A stretch of DNA of 64,000 bases, taken from NCBI GenBank assembly GCA_036502575.1, contig DASXYL010000040.1, positions 47,283 through 111,282 on the forward strand, read 5' to 3'. This document shows positions 48,700-58,455 of this stretch, one piece after another; position 1 is the first letter of the stretch; every line of letters begins with the position of its first letter. The notes under the pieces were generated by a model, which had not been told where the DNA came from, searched no databases, and saw only the letters and a list, made by a program, of their open reading frames with translations. Position numbers and translations under genes: made by a program. This DNA comes from Jatrophihabitantaceae bacterium. Its GTDB lineage: Bacteria; Actinomycetota; Actinomycetes; Mycobacteriales; Jatrophihabitantaceae.

Positions 48700-49534
48700 C
48701 CCTGCTCGTCACCCAGTGCTGGACGCCGTTGGCGAACGCGGCCGGATCGTTGATTCCGGTGGTCTGGCCGCTGTCCTGGTAGCCCCGGGCCGACCACCAG
48801 TGGTACCAGGTCCCGTTCGGCTGGTACGGCAGCTGATAGCCCGGTATCGAGTACTGGTTGTCGGCCTGCGGATGCCCGTGCGAGATGTCGTAAACCAGAT
48901 CGGTGACGAACTGGTTCTGCTGCGCCGCGGTCGGCGCATCGGGCAGCGGCCGGGCCGAATACCACTCACCCGAGGTGCCGTACTTGAGATAGAGCCGGTA
49001 GTTCAGCACGTCCTGGACCGGGTACCAGCTCGTGCCCGGATAGCTGGGCACGTTGTCGCTGCCGTACCACGAGGTGCCGTCGTCCGTGGTGCCCAGCAGT
49101 TGGGCCGCCGCCGACTGCTGACTGGACGCGCTTCCGGTCCAGCCGACGCCGAGGAAGTCGGCCACCATGGTGGTTGTGGCCGGGCCGCAGAAGATCTCGT
49201 TGACCTGCTGGTAGTACGGCTCGCCGAGGTTGGCCGAGGTCGCCGCAGCCGGGCGCAGCTGGCCAGCTGCTCGGGCCATAAGGCTGCGGTAGTAGCTGGT
49301 CGCCTGCTGCTGTTTCGCGGCGTCTCGCTGCAGATCAGCGCCTGTGAGAGGCCGCGAGGAGGCCGAGCTGTACTGGCCGATCGTGGGCTCCGGCGGCGCG
49401 GCGCCCGGTCCGCCCGGACTGGCGCCCGCCGGGCCGGGTGCGAGTTGCGACACGACGAGTCCGGCCACCGTGGCCACGACGAGCAGGCCGACCAGCCGCC
49501 GCTTCGCGTTCCGATTCGGGAATGATGCCGTCAT
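48647..49534 (-). CDS. Secreted protein, putative papain-like (C39-like) cysteine peptidase/amidase
   Basis: Internal ATG after GGAGGG. Signal/TM RRLVGLLVVATVAGLVV. QQVNEIFCGPATTTMV resembles the Cys-nucleophile context of C39-like folds. The family call is weak. Confidence 0.45.
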   Translation of the reverse strand: MTASFPNRNAKRRLVGLLVVATVAGLVVSQLAPGPAGASPGGPGAAPPEPTIGQYSSASSRPLTGADLQRDAAKQQQATSYYRSLMARAAGQLRPAAATSANLGEPYYQQVNEIFCGPATTTMVADFLGVGWTGSASSQQSAAAQLLGTTDDGTSWYGSDNVPSYPGTSWYPVQDVLNYRLYLKYGTSGEWYSARPLPDAPTAAQQNQFVTDLVYDISHGHPQADNQYSIPGYQLPYQPNGTWYHWWSARGYQDSGQTTGINDPAAFANGVQHWVTSRGGAHTVVVALGGRGYIW

Positions 49535-49642
49535 TGTTACGACCCTCCGCGTGCAAGGCACATACACCGGTTGGTGGTACTGCCTCGGGGAGGTTACTCG
49601 GGACCCACGGGTCGGCCCAGCCAGCGTCGACCCGCCTCACGC

Positions 49643-49695
49643 TGGACTTACGGTCGAGACCCGGACTTCGAGACCTGGACTTACGGGTCGAGACT
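49643..49695. repeat. Three tandem direct repeats (tggacttacggtcgagacc / cggacttcgagacc / tggacttacgggtcgagact)
   Basis: Read directly. The full copies are 33 bp apart. The array abuts the ldt stop codon and lies upstream of the putative peptidase gene. Confidence 0.7.
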
Positions 49696-51026
49696 CAGTG
49701 CAGGGCGCTGCCGGCTACCCACTGGGCCCACGGCACGCTCCAGTCGCCGTTCTGCCACACCTGCAGGGCCGGCCCGCCGGTGTTCTTCACCTGCACGACG
49801 TCGCCGATCACCGAGTGGTCGTAGAACCACTGGGCGTTGTCCTTGTTCAGGTTCAGGCAGCCGTGCGAGGTGTCGGTGTTGCCCTGCGCCCACACGGTGG
49901 TGTCGAGTCGGTGCAGGTAGATGCCGTCGGTGCTGATCTGGGTCGCGAGGTAGATGTACTCCTTGTAGCCCTTCGGCGAGTTCACCGGCAGGCCGTAGGT
50001 GCTCGAGTCCATCAGCACCGGGTTGGCGTGGCCGATCACCGTGTAGATGCCGGGCATCGTCCACAGCGAGATCTGACCGTGGACGCCCTGGACGTAGCCG
50101 CCCTGGCCCATCGAGGTCGGCATCGACCGAACGAGCTTGTCGTTGTAGTAGACCTTCACCGTGTGAGTCTTGTCGTCGGAGATCGAGACGTGCTTGGCGC
50201 CGATCTTGAACGACGCGCTGGCGTCGGCCTGACCGTAGAGACCGGGGCTGACCTGCTTGCCGTAGACATTGGCCGAGACGCTGACCTTCGTGCCGGGCTT
50301 GTAGTACACCTTCGGACGCCAGTGCACGTTCTGGTCGTCCATCCAGTACCAGCCGCCCGGCTGCACCGGCGACGTCGTGATCTTCAGCGTCTTCTCGGCG
50401 GCCGCCTTGTTCGAGATCGGCTCGTCGAAGTGGACGCTCACCACCATGCCCACGCCGTAGGTCGCACCACTCTTCAGGGCTGACCGACCGGTCGTCTCGA
50501 GGTCGGGCATCGTCATGTTGTCCGGCGTGACGGTGGTGAAGTGCGAGGTCTTGCTGACCGGCTTGCCGTCGGCGTTGGTCGCCTTGGCCACGACCGTGTA
50601 GGTCTTGCTGTAGCCGAGCGGCTCAGCGACGCTCCAGGACGTCTTGTCCGTGTTGTAGGAGCCCTTGATGGCCTTGCCCTCGGGGTTGGTGACCTTCACC
50701 GACGACAACGTGCCGTCGGCCACCGCCACGGTGATCGGCCCGGACGGACTGATCGACTGCGCCCCGTTGGCCGGGATCGCAGTGAGCTTCGCCGGGGGCG
50801 CGGGCGGCTTGGTCGTGGGCGGCGCGCTCGAGGTCGAATCGCCGGTCGGGCTGGTGTTGCCCACGGGAGATGTTCCCTGAGAGGAGCTGTGGTGCCCCGA
50901 GGAGCACGCGCCCAGCACCAAAACACCCGTGGCGGCCACCGCCGCCACGTACCAACGCCGCCGAATCCCCACCGACACCCCAACCTCCGGCCTAGCACCC
51001 ACAGACACTGCAGCACCCCACGCCAT
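49695..51026 (-). CDS. L,D-transpeptidase lipoprotein (YkuD domain with Ig-like N-terminal domains)
   Basis: Lipobox LVLGACSS. Catalytic SHGCLNL near the C-terminus. The start was chosen at ATG 51026 (boundary uncertain). Confidence 0.8.
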   Translation of the reverse strand: MAWGAAVSVGARPEVGVSVGIRRRWYVAAVAATGVLVLGACSSGHHSSSQGTSPVGNTSPTGDSTSSAPPTTKPPAPPAKLTAIPANGAQSISPSGPITVAVADGTLSSVKVTNPEGKAIKGSYNTDKTSWSVAEPLGYSKTYTVVAKATNADGKPVSKTSHFTTVTPDNMTMPDLETTGRSALKSGATYGVGMVVSVHFDEPISNKAAAEKTLKITTSPVQPGGWYWMDDQNVHWRPKVYYKPGTKVSVSANVYGKQVSPGLYGQADASASFKIGAKHVSISDDKTHTVKVYYNDKLVRSMPTSMGQGGYVQGVHGQISLWTMPGIYTVIGHANPVLMDSSTYGLPVNSPKGYKEYIYLATQISTDGIYLHRLDTTVWAQGNTDTSHGCLNLNKDNAQWFYDHSVIGDVVQVKNTGGPALQVWQNGDWSVPWAQWVAGSALH

Positions 51027-51294
51027 TCGTGAGTTCAATTGTGGACCACGTCGGCGCAGCGACACGCCAGGCAGAAGGTCACGATCGGCTCTAACTGTAA
51101 TGACGCATGCACAGCTGGTTTGGTTGCATGGGATCGAGATGCGTTGTGCACGTCGCGACCGGGCACCGCGCCAGCTTGCGACATTCTGCCCTATCGGGGT
51201 GACGCTTCTCGCACCGGGCGCCCGATCCGGTGATCGATCAGTCACCGGCTGCTGTGGCCCTCGGGGCGATCTCGCGCTGAGGGACACTTGAGGC

Positions 51295-53046
51295 ATGCCC
51301 CAGCTGCGCCTAGCCCTCGCCCAGATCGACGTGACGGTCGGCGACCTGACCGGCAACGCGGCCACCGTCCTGTCGCGGACCCGCGAGGCCGCAGCGGCCG
51401 GCGCGCACCTGGTCGCGTTCCCCGAGATGGCGATCACCGGCTACCCACCCGAGGACCTCGTGTTCCGGGAGTCGTTCCGGGCCGCGTCCCGCGCCGCGGT
51501 CGAGAAGCTCGCCGCCGACCTCGCCGCCGAAGGTCTCGGCGACATCGCGGTGATCGTCGGCTACCTCGATGAGGACGGCGGGCCGCACAACCCGGCGACG
51601 CTGTACCTGGACGACCGCGCGGGCCCTCGTGACGCAGCCGCGTTCTGCCTCGGCGGGAGCGTCGTCGCGACGTACTTCAAGCACCATCTGCAGAACTACG
51701 GAGTTTTCGACGAGGCGCGCTACTTCGTGCGGGGTGATCGCTTCACCGTCGTGCGGTACCGCGATGTCGATGTCGCGCTGACGATCTGCGAGGACATCTG
51801 GCAGGACGATGGACCGTTCGCGATCGCCGGCGAGGTGGGCGTCGGCCTGGTGGTCAACATCAACGGCTCCCCCTACGAACGCAACAAGGACGACGTGCGT
51901 CTGTCGCTCCTTCAGCGCCGAGCCCGCGAGGCGAAGGCGGCCGTCGCCTACGTGAACATGGTGGGCGCCCAGGACGAGCTGGTCTACGACGGCGACTCGA
52001 TCGTCGTCGGCGCGGACGGCTCGGTCATCGCTCGCACGCCTCAGTACGTCGAGGGCCTGTTCTACGCCGACCTCAGCCTGCCCGCGGCCGGTACCTTGGG
52101 CCGTCCCAGCAAGACGCGGATGCGGCTCGAGCACCACGACACGCAGCTACCTGCCGTGGCGCCGTACCCCTCGGTACCGGCCGTAGTTGCTGAGCGCATC
52201 AGCGACGAGGCCGAGATCTGGGGCGCGCTGGTCACGGGCACCCGCGACTACGTGCGCAAGAACGGCTTCCGCTCGGTCGTGTTCGGCATGTCCGGAGGCA
52301 TCGACTCGTCCGTGGTGGCCGCGATCGCCGCCGATGCGATCGGCGGCGCGAACGTGTACGGCGTCTCGATGCCCAGCGACTACTCCTCCGAGCATTCCAA
52401 GTCCGACGCCGCAGATCTGGCCGCACGCATCGGCGCGAACTTCCGCGTGGTGCCGATCGCCCCGATGGTGGCCGACTTCGTCGAGACGCTGAAACTCACC
52501 GGACTGGCCGAGGAGAACGTCCAGGCTCGGGTACGCGGCACGACCCTGATGGCCTTGTCGAACGCCGAGGGCCACCTGGTGCTCGCGCCGGGCAACAAGA
52601 GCGAGCTCGCCGTGGGCTACTCGACGATCTACGGCGACGCGGTCGGCGGATTCGGTCCGATCAAGGACGTCCCCAAGTCGCTGGTCTGGCAGCTGGCCCG
52701 TTGGCGCAACGCCGAGGCGGAGGCGCGCGGTGAGACGCCGCCGATCCCGCCGAACTCGATCGAGAAGCCGCCGTCGGCGGAGCTGCGACCGGGCCAGCTC
52801 GACACCGACTCGCTGCCGGACTACTCGCTGCTCGACGCGATCCTGGCGCTCTACGTCGACGGCGACGCGGGCATCGCCGAGATCGTCTCCGCCGGCTATG
52901 ACCCGGTCCTGGTCGGTCGGGTCGCCCGGATGGTCGACGCCGCAGAGTGGAAGCGGCGCCAGTATCCGCTGGGCCCGAAGATCAGCTTCAAGTCGTTCGG
53001 CCGCGACCGGCGGCTGCCCGTCAGCAACCGCTGGCGCGAGGAGTAG
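51295..53046 (+). CDS. nadE: Glutamine-dependent NAD+ synthetase NadE
   Basis: N-terminal CN-hydrolase (FPEMAITGYPPEDL, ICEDIW) and C-terminal PP-loop (FGMSGGIDSS). Confidence 0.9.
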   Translation: MPQLRLALAQIDVTVGDLTGNAATVLSRTREAAAAGAHLVAFPEMAITGYPPEDLVFRESFRAASRAAVEKLAADLAAEGLGDIAVIVGYLDEDGGPHNPATLYLDDRAGPRDAAAFCLGGSVVATYFKHHLQNYGVFDEARYFVRGDRFTVVRYRDVDVALTICEDIWQDDGPFAIAGEVGVGLVVNINGSPYERNKDDVRLSLLQRRAREAKAAVAYVNMVGAQDELVYDGDSIVVGADGSVIARTPQYVEGLFYADLSLPAAGTLGRPSKTRMRLEHHDTQLPAVAPYPSVPAVVAERISDEAEIWGALVTGTRDYVRKNGFRSVVFGMSGGIDSSVVAAIAADAIGGANVYGVSMPSDYSSEHSKSDAADLAARIGANFRVVPIAPMVADFVETLKLTGLAEENVQARVRGTTLMALSNAEGHLVLAPGNKSELAVGYSTIYGDAVGGFGPIKDVPKSLVWQLARWRNAEAEARGETPPIPPNSIEKPPSAELRPGQLDTDSLPDYSLLDAILALYVDGDAGIAEIVSAGYDPVLVGRVARMVDAAEWKRRQYPLGPKISFKSFGRDRRLPVSNRWREE

Positions 53047-53049
53047 CGG

Positions 53050-53793
53050 TCAGGTGGCGTAGTTCCGTAGGACGTTGAGGGCGGCGTCGCCGTCGGGGCC
53101 ACTCGTTCCCAGCCCCGACGCGCTCGGCGCCAGGCGTTGGGCGCCGACTCGGCAGAATGCGCCGGCCGATCCGGTGATCCTCGACGCGGCGTCCGACGGG
53201 CCGAACTGCCAGACCGCCCTGCCGTCCGGCGCGATCAGATCGCAACGAACGTCCTGCGGCTGCTGCCCGGCGAGGGCGAAGGCGAACGGCAACGTCGCGT
53301 GCCCGAGCCACGCGATGTGCTGTAGGCGCTCGGTGTCCGGGAACGAGATGGCCAGTGGCTCGGTGATGTCCAGACCGTGAGCCCAGTGCTCGGCGAGCCG
53401 AGTGGTGGCGAGCGTCCGCGGCTTCAGCGCGTTGGTGGCCCACGGCATCGCCTGCTCGGGGTCGGCATCGCGCAGCGTGCGGAGCGCCGCTCGCCGGGCG
53501 GTGCGCCACCGCTCGAACACGGTCGCCGGCTCGGATCGTTGCGCCTGAACGAGCCGGTCCATGCGCTCGTCCAACGTGGCGCCCGCACCGAGGTCCTGCA
53601 GGCCGGCGCCGGACCGGCTCGCGACCACGGCCTCTTCGGTCTGGGCCAGGTGCAGCACCACGTCGGCGATCGTCCAGCCCGGTGCCGCGGACGCCCGCGT
53701 CCAGTCCGCATCACTCAGCTCGGCCAGCAACGCCTCCAGCCGGTCCTGCTCGGCGGCCAGGTCGTCGAAGATGTCGGTAGTCGTCTTCGTCAC
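53050..53793 (-). CDS. Maleylpyruvate isomerase-family, mycothiol-dependent (DinB-fold, TIGR03084-like) protein
   Basis: 247 aa. N-terminal W...S.APGWTIADVVLHL metal-binding motif context. Confidence 0.7.
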   Translation of the reverse strand: MTKTTTDIFDDLAAEQDRLEALLAELSDADWTRASAAPGWTIADVVLHLAQTEEAVVASRSGAGLQDLGAGATLDERMDRLVQAQRSEPATVFERWRTARRAALRTLRDADPEQAMPWATNALKPRTLATTRLAEHWAHGLDITEPLAISFPDTERLQHIAWLGHATLPFAFALAGQQPQDVRCDLIAPDGRAVWQFGPSDAASRITGSAGAFCRVGAQRLAPSASGLGTSGPDGDAALNVLRNYAT

Positions 53794-53950
53794 GCTGCGA
53801 GTGTCCGTCCACGTGCTCGATACAGGGTTGTAACTCGCCCGTGACAGTGCTCACAGAGACATTTCAACGCCGCAGGGTGCACCATGAGCGCATCCACATA
53901 TGACAGCCCGGGGACCGGCCAGCCGGCCTCGAGGAGAGAGTGGGGACGCC

Positions 53951-54784
53951 ATGTCAGAGACCCTGTACGGGGGCGTGCAGAACCGGCGCGTGACCATCCG
54001 CGACCTGCAGCGCGCCAAGGATGTCGGCGAACGATGGCCGATGCTCACCGCCTACGACTATTCGACCGCGCGAGTGTTCGACGACGCCGGCATCCCGGTG
54101 CTGCTCGTCGGCGACTCCGCCGCCAACGTGATCTACGGCTACGACACCACCGTGCCGGTCACCGTCGACGAACTGCTGCCGCTCGTACGCGGCGTCGTGC
54201 GGGGAACCAAGCGGGCGCTCGTCGTCGCGGACCTGCCGTTCGGCAGCTACCAATCCTCGCCGCAGCAAGCACTCGAGACCGCTTCGCGCTTCATGAAGGA
54301 GGGCGGCGCGCAGGCGGTGAAACTCGAGGGTGGACGCCGAGTGGTGGCGCAGGTCGAGGCGCTGGTGGCCGCCGGCATCCCGGTCATGGCGCACATCGGG
54401 TTGACGCCGCAGTCGGTGAACGCGCTCGGCGGCTACCGCGTCCAGGGACGGGGTGACGAGGCGGCGCATCGCCTGCTGCAGGCGGCGAAAGCACTACAGC
54501 ATGCGGGCGCGTTCTCGGTCGTCATGGAGGTCGTGCCGGCCGAGGTGGCTCGCGATGTCACCGCGCAGCTGCACATCCCGACCATCGGCATCGGCGCCGG
54601 TCCGGACTGCGATGCCCAGGTACTGGTCTGGCAGGACATGGCCGGCCTGCGCACCGGTGAGCACAAACCCAAGTTCGTGAAGGAGTTCGCCGACCTGGCC
54701 GGCATCTTGCGCGGCGCCGCCGAGCAGTACGGCACCGAGGTCCGCGCGGGCACCTACCCGGCCGCCGAGCACGAATATCACTGA
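53951..54784 (+). CDS. panB: 3-methyl-2-oxobutanoate hydroxymethyltransferase PanB
   Basis: Internal [42 protein letters not shown]. Confidence 0.9.
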   Translation: MSETLYGGVQNRRVTIRDLQRAKDVGERWPMLTAYDYSTARVFDDAGIPVLLVGDSAANVIYGYDTTVPVTVDELLPLVRGVVRGTKRALVVADLPFGSYQSSPQQALETASRFMKEGGAQAVKLEGGRRVVAQVEALVAAGIPVMAHIGLTPQSVNALGGYRVQGRGDEAAHRLLQAAKALQHAGAFSVVMEVVPAEVARDVTAQLHIPTIGIGAGPDCDAQVLVWQDMAGLRTGEHKPKFVKEFADLAGILRGAAEQYGTEVRAGTYPAAEHEYH

Positions 54785-54807
54785 CCTCATCCGGCCCGAT
54801 TCGTATC

Positions 54808-54866
54808 CGCGCGGGCCGGGCTCTTCGCGCGAGCGCTCATCGCCTGGTGGTTACGTTCTTGTGGGT
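54808..54866 (+). repeat. Intergenic repeat, module M3 copy (core 54818-54843)
   Basis: Identical 26-nt core. It lies between convergent panB and npdG and is preceded by the hairpin ccggcccg...cgggccgg. Confidence 0.85.
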
Positions 54867-54876
54867 CGCCCGCCGC

Positions 54877-55551
54877 TCAAATTCCCGTGATCTTGATTCC
54901 TGAGCGAGCCTTGTAGCGACGGTTGATCGCGATCAGGTTGGCGGTGAGCGCCTCGACCTGACCGGCATTGCGCAGCCGTCCGCCGAACACGCCACGAACC
55001 CCGGGCATGAGCTCGGCGAGCGCGCGTACGACGTCGGTGGCGCCACGATCGTCGCCGAGCACGAGCACGTCCTGGTCGAGGTCGTCGACGCCGGCGTCCA
55101 TGAGCATCGACGCACTGACGTTGTGGAACGCTGCCACGACCCGTGACCGGGGCAGCAGACCCGCAGCCTGCTGCGCGGCGCTACCGGCGGCGACGTCGAG
55201 GCGGTACGGGCCGTGCGAGTCGAATCCCAACGGGTTGACGCAATCGACGACGATCTTGTCGGCCAGCTGCTCGGTGAGATCCCGCAGCGTGGATTCGTGC
55301 GCGGCCCACGGGACGGCGACGATGACCACGTCGGCCTGCGCGCTCGCCGCGTCGTTGGCCGCGCCCGCGACCACGCCGGTGACCCGGCCGTCGATCGCGG
55401 CCGCGCACGCCTGGGCGCGCTGCGCGTCACGCGATCCGATGATCACGCGGACTCCGGCCGCCCCCAGCCGGTACGCGAGGCCTTGTCCCTGATCTCCCGT
55501 GCCGCCCAGCACGGCGACGCTGAGCGCGCGGGCGTCGACCTGATCGGCCAC
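54877..55551 (-). CDS. npdG: NADPH-dependent F420 reductase
   Basis: 224 aa with VAVLGGTGDQGQGLAYRL Rossmann motif. Family-typical length. Confidence 0.75.
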   Translation of the reverse strand: MADQVDARALSVAVLGGTGDQGQGLAYRLGAAGVRVIIGSRDAQRAQACAAAIDGRVTGVVAGAANDAASAQADVVIVAVPWAAHESTLRDLTEQLADKIVVDCVNPLGFDSHGPYRLDVAAGSAAQQAAGLLPRSRVVAAFHNVSASMLMDAGVDDLDQDVLVLGDDRGATDVVRALAELMPGVRGVFGGRLRNAGQVEALTANLIAINRRYKARSGIKITGI

Positions 55552-55581
55552 TGTCGAGACTCCTTATGGGTGACGGTGCGG

Positions 55582-56985
55582 CTAAGCGAGCTCGAACCGA
55601 ACCGTACGGGATGCGGTGTCGGCCTCGATGAGCCGCACCCCGACCCGTTGCCCGACCGGCAGGTCGCTACCCGTGCAGCGCGCCCGTACCGCCGGCTCGT
55701 CGAGAGCAACGGTCGCGCTCTTCTCGTCGGCGGCCAGCACCGTCGCCTGGAACGTCTGGCCGATGCGTTCGCTGAGCAGCCACGCCTCGGTCATATCGAC
55801 CACTGCCCGATCGACCTCGTGAGCGCGGCGGCCGGCCTTGTCCATGACGTCGGGCAGCTGCGGAACGCGCTCACGCACCCACTCGGGTATCGGCTGCTCG
55901 GCGTGTGCGGCCAGGCAGATCTCGCTGCCGAAGCGATCGACGAGGCGGCGTAGCGGCGCGGTCACGTGCGCGTACGCCGCGGCGACGCCGGAATGCATCG
56001 GCTGACTCGGCGCCGCCCCGTCGAACGGCGTGTAGGACGACCCGCGCAGCAACGAGGCGGCGTGATCGAGGAACGCGACGTGCTTGGGGTCCTTGCGGTC
56101 GAGCGTGGAGAGTACGTCGCCGGGAGGTGCTCCGTCCGGCCAGTCGATGCCGAGGGCGGGTGCGATCCGGCGCAGTGCCGCGATTGCTCCCTGATCGGGC
56201 GGCGGGACGGTGCGCAGGATGCCGTAGTTCGCCTGCAGCATCAGGGTCGCGGCACACATCCCGGTGAGCAGCGAGATCTCGGCGTTGTACGTCTCGACCG
56301 GCAACTGATCGCGAAACGTCAATGTCCAGCCGTGCTGTGCATCGCCGTCGACGATCTGTTCAGGCAGGTCGAGATTTATCGCGTGACGCTGCTGAGCCAG
56401 CTGCCGGCGCAGCCCGCCGACCTCGGGTAGCAGGGCGACGGCCTCGGGCGGGTTGCCGGCATCGACGGCGTGCTGCAAGCCCACGTAGTCGAGTTGCTGT
56501 CGGCTGCGCACCTTCGCTCGGCGCACATCTACGTGCATCGGATTGCCGTCCGAATCGAGCGCGATCTGCCAGAGGACGGCCGGCCTCAGCTCGCCGGGCA
56601 GCAGGCTCGCCGCTCCCTCGGACAGCACCGGCGGATGCATCGGTACGCGCTGGTCGGGGAAGTAGAGGGTTTCCCCTCGCCGCATCGTCTCGGCGTCGAG
56701 TGCTGTACCCGGGCGCACGAACGCGGCGACATCGGCAATCGCGTAGCTGACCAGGTAGCCGCCGTCACTCGACCGTCCGATGTGGACAGCCTGGTCGAGA
56801 TCGCGGCTGCCCGCCGGATCGACAGTGACGAACGGAATGTCGGTCGCGTCGTCGGGAAGGATCGGTGACGCCGCGACTGTGGTCGCCTCGGCCAACACCT
56901 CGGCCGGAAACTCGCCGGGCACCTCCAGCTCGCTGCGTAGTGCAGCGAAGTCCAGAGGTGCGCCGGCAAGCCTATGAGCAACCAC
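55582..56985 (-). CDS. RNB-domain ribonuclease (RNase II/R family)
   Basis: 467 aa. FVTVDPAGSRDLDQAV, YFPDQRVPMHP, HVTAPLRRLVD. Confidence 0.75.
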   Translation of the reverse strand: MVAHRLAGAPLDFAALRSELEVPGEFPAEVLAEATTVAASPILPDDATDIPFVTVDPAGSRDLDQAVHIGRSSDGGYLVSYAIADVAAFVRPGTALDAETMRRGETLYFPDQRVPMHPPVLSEGAASLLPGELRPAVLWQIALDSDGNPMHVDVRRAKVRSRQQLDYVGLQHAVDAGNPPEAVALLPEVGGLRRQLAQQRHAINLDLPEQIVDGDAQHGWTLTFRDQLPVETYNAEISLLTGMCAATLMLQANYGILRTVPPPDQGAIAALRRIAPALGIDWPDGAPPGDVLSTLDRKDPKHVAFLDHAASLLRGSSYTPFDGAAPSQPMHSGVAAAYAHVTAPLRRLVDRFGSEICLAAHAEQPIPEWVRERVPQLPDVMDKAGRRAHEVDRAVVDMTEAWLLSERIGQTFQATVLAADEKSATVALDEPAVRARCTGSDLPVGQRVGVRLIEADTASRTVRFELA

Positions 56986-56992
56986 TTAGTGC

Positions 56993-57406
56993 TTAGCGAG
57001 CACGCTTCGCCGGAGCCTTGCGGGCGGGCGCTTTCTTGGCGACCGTCTTGCGAGCGGTCGTCTTCGCGACTGCGCGCTTGGCCGGAGCCTTCTTCGCCGC
57101 GGTCGTCTTGGCGGCAGCACGCTTCGCCGGTGCCTTCTTGGCGACCGTCTTCTTGGCAACCGTCTTCCTGGCCGGAGCCTTCTTGGCGACGGTCTTCTTC
57201 GCCGGCGCCTTCTTGGCGACGGTCTTGCGAGCCGTCGTCTTGCGAGCGGTCGTCTTCGCGACTGCGCGCTTCGCCGGAGCCTTCTTCGCCGCGGTCGTCT
57301 TAGCGGCAGCACGCTTCGCCGGCGCCTTCTTGGCCGCGGCCTTTCTGGCCGGAGCCTTCTTCGCAGGCGCCTTCTTCGCGGCGGCCCTCTTCGCGGGTGC
57401 GGTCAT
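56993..57406 (-). CDS. Lys/Ala-rich histone H1-like basic protein (137 aa)
   Basis: ATG at 57406 is preceded by AAGGAGG. The protein is almost entirely [17 protein letters not shown] repeats, like the C-terminal tails of actinobacterial HU/Hlp, but has no HU fold. Confidence 0.7.
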   Translation of the reverse strand: MTAPAKRAAAKKAPAKKAPARKAAAKKAPAKRAAAKTTAAKKAPAKRAVAKTTARKTTARKTVAKKAPAKKTVAKKAPARKTVAKKTVAKKAPAKRAAAKTTAAKKAPAKRAVAKTTARKTVAKKAPARKAPAKRAR

Positions 57407-57550
57407 TGCCGTGCCTCCTTGTAGGCAACTCTTACTAGATCGATCGTGATCAGTGGACGATGCAATGAGCCACATCGTCAATGCGCCACGCCGTCTTGCG
57501 TTGTTGTATCGCGATACCTGGTTCACGACGATTGTGCTTAAGAAGTCGCA

Positions 57551-57748
57551 TCAGGAGTCGCCGTCCCACGCAGAATCCTCTGCCTGGTAACGCTTTTCTC
57601 GATCGGCGACGGTCTGCAACGCGTGCGAAGCGGCGTCCGCATCAGGAAACGGACCGAGCCGATCTTTGCTGTCGGCCGACTCGAATGTTTCGACGCGATG
57701 ATGCTTCAAGCAGAACCAGAACGTGCCCTCGAGCTCGTCATCCGCCAT
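57551..57748 (-). CDS. Small conserved hypothetical protein (65 aa)
   Basis: MADDELEGTFWFCLKHHRVE... after GGAGAGG. No family name recalled. Confidence 0.4.
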   Translation of the reverse strand: MADDELEGTFWFCLKHHRVETFESADSKDRLGPFPDADAASHALQTVADREKRYQAEDSAWDGDS

Positions 57749-57845
57749 TGCACTGCGCCTCTCCATACCGGGTCGTATGCCGACTGCTGACCAGCACGAT
57801 CAACCAACTTCGCCTCATACGCAAGACGAGGTGTCAGGCGGATGA

Positions 57846-58267
57846 GGCGACGGACGAGTCGACCTGTAAGCCGGGTCCTGTACCTGACGCTTGCGCGCCC
57901 GGTGGCGGCCATCCATCTCGGCCTGCCGTCGCCGACAGGTTCTAGCGATCTACCCGCAGGCTCGGGCGGGCCGCCCTCGATCGCCTACGCGAATCCCCTG
58001 GTTTCCCAAGGGATCCTTCTTGACCTTGCTCCGGGTGGGGTTTACCGAGCCGCTCCGATCGCTCGGAACGCTGGTGGTCTCTTACACCGCCGTTTCACCC
58101 TTACCGGCCATTGGCGAGCCAACGCCGGCGGTCTGTTTTCTGTGGCACTTTCCCGCGGGTCGCCCCGGGTTGCCGTTAACAACCACCCTGCCCTGTGGAG
58201 CCCGGACTTTCCTCGGCGAACCTGTCTGACAGGTTCGACGCGACCGCCCGGTCGGCTCGTCCGCCGC
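57846..58267 (-). ncRNA. rnpB: RNase P RNA (bacterial type A)
   Basis: The minus strand contains GAGGAAAGTCCGGGCT (58201-58216), CACAGAAAACAGACCGCC, GTAAGGGTGAAACGG, GGTAAACCCCACCCGGAGCAAGGTCAA and ACAGGACCCGGCTTACAGGTCGACTCGTCC. The 5' and 3' ends pair as P1. Confidence 0.88.
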
Positions 58268-58324
58268 TGTAGAAGCATATCCGGCTGTACTTAATCCGCC
58301 GGAGGCGGATTCGTCGCGACCGAG

Positions 58325-58394
58325 TCGCGGCCGGCGGGCTCTTCGCGCGAGCGCTCATCGCGTCGGCGGTTGCGTTCTTCGTGGTTGCGTTTCC
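58325..58394 (+). repeat. Intergenic repeat, module M3 copy (core 58336-58361)
   Basis: Identical 26-nt core plus the gttgcgttcttcgtggttgcg tail. It lies between the rnpB 5' end and the TauE gene. Confidence 0.85.
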
Positions 58395-58455
58395 TTTGGT
58401 TGCCATTGGTGATTGCCGCATGCGCTCATCGGTAGCCTCAGACGGTGATCCGCTC

